Notes under the pieces: generated by a model
Seen by the model: the letters and a program-made list of their open reading frames with translations, nothing else
What the model was told of the DNA's origin: nothing
Databases searched by the model: none
DNA from: Phyllosticta citribraziliensis
Taxonomy: Eukaryota
DNA length: 64,000 nt
Direction: 5' to 3'
Assembly (NCBI RefSeq): GCF_038025025.1
Contig: NW_027117342.1
Coordinates: 2,294,001 to 2,358,000 of the forward strand
Shown: positions 37,101-49,913 of the stretch, piece by piece
How the letters are laid out: each line of letters starts with the position of its first letter
Position numbering within the stretch: position 1 is the first letter of the stretch
Translations under genes and position numbers: made by a program

Positions 37101-40100
37101 TACTTAGGTATTTATTAATTATTTAGTAGTTACTACTATTATATACTAGCTATACTTTAGAAACTCCTAATCTATAGAGTAACTAAACCTATATCTAATA
37201 TATACTAGCTAATACCTAAGCTAGTATCTATTAAAGGTATAATACTAGCTAGGGAGGAACTATATTATCCCTAATATACTAAGTTAATTATTATCTAAGG
37301 TAACTATAGATATAGATAATATCCTTAATAGTATAGAATTCCCTAATAATAAGGACCTAGTTTAGTATACCTTAAAAGGTAGTAATACTACTACTTACTT
37401 TTATATAGTATTAGTAGAGCTCTCTAATAGATTTAAGTAAAAGCTCTATATAGTATATAGTATTAATATATAATAGGTAAAGGTACTCTATATTTTAGAG
37501 TAGGCCCTTAAGTAGTAGTAGGAATATAATTATAGGCTAGTAAGTCTTAAGATAACTATAGATTAACCTACTAGTATAAACCTTATACCTATAGGACTAT
37601 AGTCCCCTATAACTACTAAACTAGTAATATTAGCCCCTATTATTATAGTAGAGCCTATTCCCCTTACTAATATAGAAGAAAATAAGGACCCCTATAAAGA
37701 ATTAATCTCTAGTTTATACTTCTTCTTATAGAAAGGGTTAATCTACTTTATAGACTATTTAAAAGATTAGTAAGAATAGCTATATATTTCCTAAAGCTAT
37801 AAGTAAATAATATTTAAATAAGCCTATAATTAGTATTTCTACTAAGGTATAGACTAATATATAGATTATATTTATACTTACTACTATATAAGGTACCTAT
37901 ACTAGTAGATATAGGTATATATTAATTACTATCCTAACTATTATATTAACTAAATACCTTAATATAAACCTAATAGGTTAATAGTCCCTATTATAGTAGT
38001 AAAGGTCCCCTTCTTTACTATATATATTAATTTTATTACTAAGCTACCTATATATAGTAAAGAGGGTTTTAATATACTTTTAATTATAACCTATAAATTC
38101 TTTAAAGTAATCTTACTAATCTCTAGTTAAGAGACCTAGACTATAGATAATTAGAGAGGTTTATAGTTTAAAGAACTCTATAGATATAGGTAGGATCTAC
38201 CTTCTATTATAATTATAGACTAGAACTCCTATTAGTTAGGGTAATTTATAAGTAGTATTTTTAAGATAATAAAAATTAACCTAAATACTACTACTACTTA
38301 CTATCCCTAGATAGATAGGTAAAGTAAGTATATTAATTAAATAGTAGAAATTATTCTATACTTCTTTATTATAGCTAATCCTAATTAGAGTTAGGTAGAT
38401 ACTCTTCCTTATATTTAAGAGACTATAAATTCTTCTTAAAATACCTTAATAGGATATACCCCCTATAAAATCTTATATAGATTTAACCTATAAGATAATA
38501 GGTATAACTAGGTAGAATCTACTAAGGATATAGACTTAAAAACCCTCTATTTAAATTATTATATTAAAGCCTAAGAAGCCCTTACTTTTATAGTAGTAGT
38601 ATAAAAGGAGTAATATAATAGTAAATACTATCTAATCTAGTTTAAACTAGGGGATAAGGTATATCTATAGTTATACTATAATTATAAGATATATAGTAAT
38701 CTACTATAGAAACTCTAAAATATATATATAGGACCTTATAAAGTAAATATAAGTAATTAGTATATAGGCCTATAAATTAGCTATTCCTAGTAGCTTAAGA
38801 ATTTATCTAGTTATTAATATATTCTAATTAGAAAAGGAAAAGGATAGTCCTAACCCTTTTAAGTATAATACTATATTAGAGCTAGGACCTATTATTAATA
38901 CTAATAAGCTAGTACCTAAGTATAAAATCTTATACTTAATAGATAGGTATAAATATTATAGGACTAGAAAACTATAATACTTAATTAACTAGAAAGGCTA
39001 GGGGCTATAGTATTAAGTATAGTATAACTTAGATAATTTAGAGGGGGTAATAGATCTTATTAAAGAATATAATATAAGGTTAAATAAGGAGATAATAGTA
39101 AAGCTAGACTAGTATAGGCCCTAATAGAAACTAGGACTACCTTAATATACTATTATTATACCTAGGGACCTAGAGGAAAATAATAATATAGATAACCTAC
39201 TACCTACTAAGATATATAGTAAACTACTATAGGATAAGCTATTATATAATAAACTACTATATATACTACTAGAGATAGTTATCCCTATAGTACTAAAGTA
39301 ATAAGGTTATCTACTAAGTATAAAGAATAAGGAGAAGAAACCCTAAACTACTAAAAAAGAGTACTAAGTTAGTACCTACCTTATAGAGGGAGCTAATATA
39401 GTATACCTAAGTACCTTTTAATAAAGGGAGGCCTATAAGAATATTACTACTAAAAATATTTTATATATATAAGTATTACTAAATAAGAAGAGGACTATAT
39501 ATTAGTAGAGTAACTAGTACTAGCTATAGTATATATACCTAATTAATACTAGGCCCTATAGAATATTAACTTATAACCCTATACTAACCTTACTATATAA
39601 CCTTATCTATAATATAAATATATAAACTACCTAAGAGACTAATATAGTTAGCCTTTAGACTATAATAGGAATAGACTTACTAGTACTACCCTAATAAATA
39701 TTACTAACCTATAAGAATAGTAGAACCTTTTATATAATAACTATAATATAGTACCTAATATAGGTATAGTCCTACTAATAGATATAATACTAAATAATAC
39801 CCCTACTACTAGTAATAGTATACCTACCCTTAAGTAAAATAATACTATCCCTAGGCTATAAGTATAGAATAACTACTTTTCTCCTAGTACTAGTAAGTAT
39901 TTATAATAGGATATACTAACTAGAGTTACTAATAATATAGAGATAGTAGACCCCTTTAAGACTAACCTATATACTAATACTATAATACTAATAGTAGATA
40001 TACTAATAGTAAATATACTACCTTCTACCTCTATAACTATATAAGGATATAGTATATTAGGAGCTAGAGGCTTAGGATACTAAACCTATAGCTTCTACTA

Positions 40101-40702
40101 AGATAATAATAATAGTAGTATATTAGAGATATATATAAGGGAGTATAATACTAATTATAGTAATAAGTATAAGTATAAGTACTTTACTACTAAAGAGTTA
40201 GAGGAGGATACTAAGGATAAAAGAATATAGATACCTACCTTCTTATTAGAAACTATATCTTAACCTAGTCTTACCCCTAATCTAGCTATAAGCCTTATTA
40301 CTCCTTATAATCTTAGTTTAATACTAACTCCCTATAACTTTAGTATAGTTAGAGTAACTCTATAAATTAAGGTAAGCTATAATATAGTAGATATTACTAA
40401 TATAGACCTCTAGGCCTAGAATTTAGCTATTAGAGAGTAAACTTACTACCTTATTAATACTTTCTATAATACTAATAAGATTATTATAACTATAATTTAA
40501 TATATACTCTAAGCTCCTAATAATAATATAGACTTAGAAAAGGAATTCCTAGATACCCTAATACTAAGGCTAAGAAAAGAAAAGGTAGAACCTAAGAGAC
40601 TAGCTATACTATAGAAGATAAAGAAAATAGGGAAGACTACTAGTATACTAAATATTACTATATAGTTAAAGAAACTAAGGGGCGCACCTAATATTATACT
40701 AG

Positions 40703-43700
40703 TATAGTACTACTAGCTGGCATAGTTTTTATAGCTTTTAATAGTTATTTTTAGCGATTATTATTCTTATTCTTAGCTATAGTTTTAGCTTAGATATAAG
40801 TAGAAGATTAGGCTAGTAAGAAAATAAGATTATAGGTAGCTCTAGAATACTAGGAAGATATAGTTCTATATAGTTTAGTAGTAATAATAATAGCTAATAA
40901 AAGTATAAGTAAACTTAGCACCTTTAGTAGTAATAGGAGGTTTTATATTATTAGTATTTTAATAGTAGATTAGCTAGTTATATACCCCCTTTTATAGCTG
41001 CTTATTAAGAGGTACTACTTATATAAATAAAGTCTTTTATACTTAGTTAAACTATTATCTACTAAATACTTAGTTATTTATTTATTTATACTTATTATTT
41101 ATACCTAAGTCTTATACTACTTAGATAATAAAGTAATAGCTAGATAGTAGCTTATTTTAATTAGTTTAGTAGTTATTTTATTCCTATCTTATAGAGTCTA
41201 CTTATTTACTATTAGTTACTATCTCTTATACCTCTCCTAGTACTAGTATTTTAGCTAGCTAAGTAAGTATATTAGTAAGTAGCTAGTTCTATCTATATTT
41301 TATAGTATAGCTTCTATAGAATAGGAGCTTACTATTACCTAATTATATAAATATATAATAGTAGTAGAAATTAGGTAAGTAAAAGGCTTTAAGATATTAC
41401 TAATAAGTACTATTAATTTTACCCTCCCTTACCTAGCCTATTATTATATATTTACTATACTAGTTATTACTATTATACTAGTATTTATTTACTTATTTAT
41501 TTTAGGTACTATTTTATAGATATTATATAAGCTATAAGATTAATATTTATAATTTTATAGTAGGATAGTATATACTTTATAGAATAATAATACTATACTA
41601 TTTAACTTTAGCTAGTTCTATTTTTATTAAGTATAATATTATTCTAGGTATTTCTACCTATAAAGTATAGGGGATAAGCCTAGATAGTTAATTCTATAGT
41701 TTTTATATAGTTATATTATAGATTTTAGATTATTAAGGCCTATTAAGTTTCTAGGACTATTCTTTTATATTATAAGGTTAGTAGTTTATATAATAAATTA
41801 TAAAGGTAGATTTAGATATAATTATATAATAAATTTAATAGCTAGCCTATAAGAACTATAAGTTCTTCTAGTAGATTAGGAAGAAATAGAAGAGGAGGAA
41901 GAAGTATATTAGAAGGAGATAAAGGAAAAGGATAATAATCTAGTTCTTATAGTAGTAGGTACTCTTTTAGGGGCTAGTAGTAGGGGCCTATAATTATTTA
42001 AGGAGGACTATTTATAGTACCTCTATTACTAGTAATTAGTACTTAAACTCCCTTATAAGGTATAGTACTAGCTATAGGTTTATTTAGACCTTTTACTAGG
42101 CTAGATATACCTCCTATAATTATACTACTATTAGGAATAGATAGTAATAAAATAATAGTATTAAGCTAAGCTAATTAATTAATACTAGATACTATAGAAA
42201 TAACTCTCCCCTAGTCTAGTAGGGAGTTATTAATACTAATAGAAGCTAACTAATACTATATAAGAATAGCCTCTCTAATATATATAATTTTAATAAGCTA
42301 GATACTAGTACTAAAGTAAAGGCTATAATTTAAGGGAGATAATATATTATTATTCCTAGAGATATATAAATACTTCTATACTATAGTTAGGAGTCTTCTA
42401 GAAGAGTTTATACTAAAGCTAGTTTAATATTATAAAACCCTAATTAACCTAGAAATCTACTATACTATTAAGTTTTAGACTAGAGACTAGGAAGGTCTAA
42501 AAGTTTAGATATTAGTATAATATAAGAACTAAGATACTAGTATAATTAATAGGAACTAGAGCTATATTAAGAACTTAGCTAAGAGATATAAGGACCTCTA
42601 TTACCCCTTTAAAATAGATAAGTTCTTTAGACTTTATAAGATACTTAGTAATAAGGTAATAAAAGAAGGATATATTAATAAAAGCTTATAAGAGATATAG
42701 TTCCTTAATACCCTATATATAAATATATAAACTAGGTTCTTATAAAAGGGGTATTTAGCCTATAGAGCTAGGAATATTTAGTATCTCTAGTTATATATTA
42801 AGACCTAACTAGAATATAAATAGTATATAGTATTATACTCTATAGACTTACTAGAGATTATAAATATAGTTATATACTATATTAAGGGGCTAGACTATAT
42901 TATAGACCCTATACTAATAAGGAGAGGATACCTTTTAAGGTCTCCTCTATTATTTATAATATTATCCTCTAATAGCTCTTCCTCTATAATTATAGCTTTA
43001 AGTAAATAATTAACCTCTAAGACTAGGACCCCTTTAGTAAAGAGTAATAATATTATAGTTAAAGACCTAGTAGATAAGCTAGCTAAGATATATATTAAAT
43101 TAATCTAGGAGGCTACTAGCTATATCTATAAATAGCTTATAGATAGTAAGAAGTATAGGTATATTATAAGTAGTAGGGACCTATATATAAGGGTTATCTA
43201 GTTATTATTTCCCTATAATAGCTCTATTAGAATAGGCTAGCTAGCTAGATAGTATATACTACTACTAGAATAGTATATTCTATAAATAGGTCCTAGTCTT
43301 CTACTAATAAGGCTACTACTATCTAGGATAGCTTTTATAGGCTAACCTTAATATAACCCTAACTCCTATAACTAGGTAAGACTAGCTAGTTTAAATATAA
43401 ATTAAAGTATAGAAATAGGGGAATACTAGAGTTATAATAAGATAGGCTATATAGTTAGGAGTTATCCTATTCTATTACTATTTATATATACTAGCCTTAT
43501 ATCTATTAGTTAAAATAGATATATCTAGGACTTTAATAGCTAGCTAATATTAACTTATAAGTAGAATAAATAGCTAGATATTAAGAAGTACTTATAGTAT
43601 TAGGGGTAGATAAATAATAATAATTTATTAAAAATACTACTAGTACTAGAATAATAAGTAACTCCTTACTAGACTAAGGGAGAGTTATTATCTTAATCTA

Positions 43701-46700
43701 TAATAAATAAAGAACTATATAGATATTAGCCCCTACTATAAATTAATACTAGATATAATATACCTTTAGACTATAGCTATTATAATTAAGACTAATATAA
43801 CTAGGACCTAAGCTAATATACTTAGATTAATTATACTTAGGCTAATATAGAGGATAGCTAGCCTTATTTCTATTAGATTTATTATTATAATAAAGGGGTA
43901 ATATATAGTATATACTATTTTAAGGCTAAAGTACCTTCTAGAAATATAATTTTTATAAATCTAATAAAGATTATAAAATATATAAGGAAGCTAAAGAAGC
44001 TAGCTAGGAGAAGAGGAGCTAAAATTTTATAAGCTATAATTAATAAAATAGCTATTAATAAATAAATTAGGAATATAGCTAAGTAGGTAATATCTAATAA
44101 GACTAGGAATATATCTAATAAGGATATTTTAAATATAACCCTACTAGTAAATATACCTTAATAGCTAAGGTAACTAGCTATTACTAGTCTACTAGATAAT
44201 AATATTAAAGAACCTACTATCTCTAGTAAAGAGCCTACTTAGGAGCCTAATATAGATAAACCTTAAAGAGTAATTATAGAAGATACTAATAAGGATATAT
44301 CTAATATTAAAGAAATCCTATAAAATAAACTAAGTATTATTCTTAAGGAATTAGAGAGTAATAAACTAGAGCTACTTAGTAAAGAGGCCCCCCCTAAGTA
44401 GTACTAGGTTAAAACTATTATATTTAGAGACCTATTCTATTATAAATAGTATAAACTAGGTCTAAATAGCTAGAGATATAGAGATATCTTTAATAAGGAG
44501 ACTATTAGGTATATAAAAGGAATCCTTAGCCTATATAATAATATATAGAAGTTATTTTATACTCTTATTAGTACTAAGATTATAGAAGAGGTCTAAGAAA
44601 TACTTTATAATAACCTATAGGTACTAAATAAATACCTATATATAATAGAGGACCTATAGAAGCTAATATATACTATATATATAGAATTAGTAGATAATAT
44701 TAAAGGGTACTAGTTTAACTCCTTTAATAAGCTAGTAGAATTTAACTTCTCCTAGTATTACCTATTTAAATAAGAAGATTATTTCCTAGATAGGATCTTT
44801 ATATATTTAAATATACTAACTAATATATTAGTTACTAAGGGTAAAACTATCTCTAGAGTTTTTAACTATATATATATAAGCCTAGTATATACTATAAAGT
44901 ATATACCTACTTAGAGCTTTATTTTATATAGGCCTAATAGTAAGCCCCTTTAGGATAGTAAGCCTATAGACCTATCTATATATAAGATATACTTTAGTAT
45001 TAAATTACTAAAAGGCTAGGAGGATTCTATAACTACTAGAGAAGATTATAAGCTAAAGCTAATAACTTATAAAGAGGTTATAATACTAGCTAAATAATAG
45101 GGCCTTATTATCTACTATATCCTATTATCCTTTATCCTAGTATCCTTTAGTAGCTATATAGTATAAGTACTAGTAGATACTAGAGTAAATATAAATAGTA
45201 TTTCTAAGGCCCTTATAGCTAAACTTAGTATCCTAGTTTAAGATATACTACCTAATAGTTTTAATATAACTATAGGATTTATAAATAGTTTAAAGTATAA
45301 AATTAAATAATAGATCCTAAGTTTAACTATTTAAATAGGAGGAGATTAGTCCTAGAGTACTTATTTCCTAGTATATAACTAAACTACTATCCTTATTATA
45401 TTAGGAATATCCTAGATTATCTTAGTAGGTAGTAAATTTAAAACTATACCTACTAGAGTAGTTAAATTAAGGTTTACCTACCCTATTAACCCTTACTACT
45501 ATATAGAAATTATTACCTACTAGGTATTCCTATTTATTAAAGGTATTAAAGATACTATATACTATATTAGCCCTATTAGAATCTAAAGTAGTAATAGTAT
45601 ATAAGTAGTAAGGCTAGGAAACTAGCTAGTATAATAATTTAGGGGCTAATTAGTATATAATTACTATACTAATTAGTAGGAGGCCTATATAATTAAAATA
45701 AATAAAATACTAAAAATACTAATTTAGTATTAGATAATATATTTTTAACTATATATATAATAGGAGAATAGAGTATTATTTATTATAGGGTATCTTAGTA
45801 TAGTATATTTCCTAATTATCTTAATACTATAGGATAATAAAACCTATACTAGTATATAGTATATAAATAAAAAGGTATAAAAATAGAGCCTATAGATAAC
45901 TTAATACTATAGGAAGAGTTATTAAATATAATTAAGGGGTAGAAGACTAAAGAGACTATAATTATTAAGTAAACTACTATACTAATAAGGGACTTCTAGG
46001 GCTAGAGATAATTTACCTACTTATTCTATTTAAGGATTATTATCTTTTAACTAGGTATATACCTTATATAGGAAAGGCTAGCTAGGCTTATTATTAGAGA
46101 TAACCTCTAGTTAAGAGAGTAGAAACTAATACTAGAAATATTATATAGTAGAAAAGGTACTATCTTATTTAACCTATTAGAAATAGGATAAATTAAGCTA
46201 ATAGTAATATATAGGTTCCCTATTAAGATAATACTATATAAGGCCTAGAGAATTAGAGTATTATATATTTTATAGGCTAAAATATAATATATATTTAACT
46301 TACTTACTACTTAGTAAGATATAGGAATTATTAAATACTACTCTAGTTAATATTATAATCCTTAGATAGTCTTACCTAAGAAAAATAGTATATATAGATA
46401 GATTAATAATTTATAAATACTAAATAATATTACTATTTAAGATACTAGTATACTAGGACTAATAGATAACTATATAGAATACTAGAGAGGCTTTATAATA
46501 TATACCCTTATAGACCTATACTCTAGTTTTAATTAATTTATAGTTACTAAAAAGTATTAGGATCTTACTAGATTTATTACTCTTTAAGGATACTAGTATA
46601 ACTATATACTTTCTTAAGGTATAATTAATTCTCTAGGATAAGTAGTTTATAGCCTAAGATATATACTAGATAACTAATAAGATAAGGCTAACCTTTTTAT

Positions 46701-49700
46701 AAATAATATTATAAGAGGCTAATAAAGGAGCTAATATAATAATATAGAAAGTATAGTAGTAGGAGTTAGGTAATTTATACTTAAGTATATCTAGGATATT
46801 AATAGTATATTATAAAATCTAAAACTAGTTAGACTTATAATCTTAGGGGAAAAGTCCTTCTTTAGTATACTAGAAGTTAAAGTTATTAGATTTAAATATA
46901 GAGAATTTAGATACCTACTTATTAAGTCTAAAGTAGGTAAGATTAATAATTAGAATACTTTCTAAGACCTTAAATTATTAAGGGGCTTCTTAGGAGTAAC
47001 TACCTATTTTTATTACTAGGTTAAAGAGTACTTATATAAGGTAGTACTACTATATACTCTAATAAGGAAGAATATACTATTTATTTAGAAAAATAAGTAT
47101 AATAAAGCTATAGCTAAAATTAAAGAAGCTATTATAATAGTACCTACCTTAGTATCTATTATATATAGAGAGGAGTCCCTAAGAGATATTATTATAGTTA
47201 TAAATAATAGTAGTATAGGATAGGGAGTAGTTTTAATATAAGAGAAGGATAGTACTAGATATCTAGTAAGATATAAGAGTAGTATTTAGTCTAGAATAGA
47301 ATTATTTTATAACTCTAAGAAGCTAGAATACTAAGTACTAGTATATATAATTATTAGATTTAAACTATAGCTATTTAAATAGTACTTCCTTATTAAGATA
47401 GACTATTATATCCTATAAGACTACTTAAATAGTAGGACTAAATTTATAATAGGTAGAGTCTTTAAGTAGTAGCTTAGCTAGCTATCTATATAGGATTTTA
47501 AGATACTATATATTACTAGGATAAAGAATAGGGTAGTAGATATATTATTAAGGAGGCTAAATTTTAAGGAGTTAAGTAAGAAAGACCTATAGAAATAGAT
47601 AGAGAAGATAGAAAATAAAATTAATAAGTTATTATTATCCTTATAGCTAAGTATATATATAATTAGTTCTATAAACCTCCTACTAACTATCTACTAGGCT
47701 AGGGGAGAGTTAATATTAGCTAATTAAATACTAGTACTAGGCCCCTCTAGCCTACTAGGAGAGGTTATTCTATATAAAGTACTATATAAGGAGTACTCCT
47801 AAGAATCTAAAGATCTAGCTAAATTTATTACTTATAGCCTACTCCTATCTAAAGTTAGCTATAGTTTAGAATATAATCCCTACCCTTAATAGGAGTCTTA
47901 CTACTCTATTTAGTATAGGTTATAGCTAGTATCTAGACCTTACTAATACCCTACTTAGTAAATTTAAGGCTACTAATAATTTAGTTACTAATAGCTCTCT
48001 CTTTAGCTTCTTAAATAATATATACTTTAAAATTAATAAGGAGTTTAGCTACTACCTCTAATACTAGTAGAAAATTAATACTTACTAAAATCTAGGCTAG
48101 AACTATATAATATTCTACTTACTAGTATAGTAGCTTATTTACTAGTACCTAGTATACTAGCTCCTATATATTTTACTTAGGCCTAATTATACTTACTAGC
48201 TCTATATAATACTATACTATATAAAGGACTAGAAGAAGGGTAACTATATTAAGTTCTACTACTTTAATATTAACTTAAATAACTATACTAATACTAATAG
48301 GGGTATTAATATAATTTAGGGTACTATCTCCCTTAATAGTAAGACTAATACTAACTATATAATTTTAGTAGAGGGCTTTATACCTTATTTTAAGGATTAT
48401 AGGGATAATACTATTACTAAGAAGGTATATAACCCTATAAATATAACTAATATTATTAATATTAAGAAGGGTCCTATTCTTAACTACCTTACTAAGTTTA
48501 TTAAAGATAGAGGCCTAAGTTAGTCTAATAATAAGGTAGTAGCCTATAGTACTAGGATTTTCTACCTAATAATACTATATAGAGCTAAGGGCCTAGTAAA
48601 GGGTATATATAAGATAATCTTCCTATAGTACTATAAAGTTAACTAGAACTATAATTATCTAGAAATTAATAAGATAGGTACTTAGGTAGAGCTAGTAGTA
48701 TACTATAAAAATTAGGTCCCTTTTAAGGTTATACCTACTAGTTTCCTATATATATATAGCTATTACCCCTATAAGTTTTTAGTATTAGTAGAGGTAGTTA
48801 GTATTAATCTAATTAATAATACTTTAGTCTACTCTTATTACTAGGACTCCCTATTAGTTATAAAGGAAGTTAAGAAGGTTATAAATATAGCTAGTAATTC
48901 TAAGGTATTAGTTAACTATTTCTATAATATAAAGCTAGATATAATTAATACCTATAATAAGCTATTCCTAGTCTTTATTAAAGAAGAGAGGTATATCTTT
49001 AGTAAAAAGTCCTACTTCTACTATAAGGATAATAATATTACTAGGCCTACTCCTAATAAGCCTCTATTAATTAATAAGGATATTATTAAAGCTATAGGTA
49101 TCTAGTACTATAATAAATATAGTAAGGATAAGGACTAGGGTAATATATTACCTACTAGCCTAGTTTATAAGAGTATATATAACCTAGATAAGTAGTATAC
49201 TAACTAGCTACTCTAATTTAGCCTCTTATAGACTATAGCTTATACTTTCTCTCTTACCTTTTATCCTTATTTCTTCTTACTTACTAAGGGATAGTAAAAT
49301 AAGGAGTACCCCCCTATATATAGTACTACTAGCTAGTATAGTTTTTATAGCTTTTAATAGTTACTTTTAGTAATTATTATTCTTATTCTTAGCTATAGTT
49401 TTAGCTTAGATATAAGTAGAAGATTAGACTAGTAAGAAAATAAGACTATAGGTAGCTCTAAAGTACTAGGAAGATATAGTTCTATATAGTTTAGTAGTAA
49501 TAATAATAGCTAATAAAAGTATAAGTAAACTTAGTACCTTTAGTAGTAATAGGAGGTTTTATATTATTAGTATTTTAGTAGTAGATTAGCTAGTTATATA
49601 CCCCCTTTTATAGCTACTTATTAAGAGGTACTACTTATATAAATAAAGTCTTTTATACTTAGTTAAGCTATTATCTACTAAATACTTAGTTATTTATTTA

Positions 49701-49913
49701 TTTATACTTATTATTTATACCTGAGTCTTATACTGCTTAGATAATAAAGTAATGGCTAGATAGTAGCTTATTTTAGTTAGTTTAGTAGTTATTTTATTCC
49801 TATCTTATAGAGTCTACTTATTTACTACTAGTTACTATCTCTTATACCTCTCCTAGTGCTAGTATTTTAGCCGGCTAAGTAAGTATATTAGTAAGTAGCT
49901 AGTTCTATCTATA
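40703..49913 (+). mobile_element. Family A Gypsy element, 9211 bp, two 595-bp LTRs (40703-41297, 49319-49913), CTAG TSD, integrase missing
   Basis: Direct LTRs with CTAG at 40699-40702 and 49914-49917. De-RIP motifs: protease ALVDTGAN (~45.17 kb), RT DLYSGFDQ and FVDDI (~46.5-46.7 kb), RNase H (~47.2-47.55 kb). Similarity to the 29 kb copy stops at ~47859. Confidence 0.92.
47860..49216 (+). pseudogene. RIP-inactivated PhyH-like 2OG-Fe(II) dioxygenase ORF inside family A element
   Basis: One frame (codon starts = 2 mod 3) de-RIPs to ...NLGW..MFHSLAQQLIRQHPAYWLLYVSLRPD...PYYAKD...FRHFD...GRGVNMIQGTISLDGE..DCT..VEGF...PHGAKGPA.GVRKTIFPWY...RWDSP. HxD falls at 48260-48268, the distal His at 48578 and an Arg at 48608. 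Ends are approximate. Confidence 0.7.
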
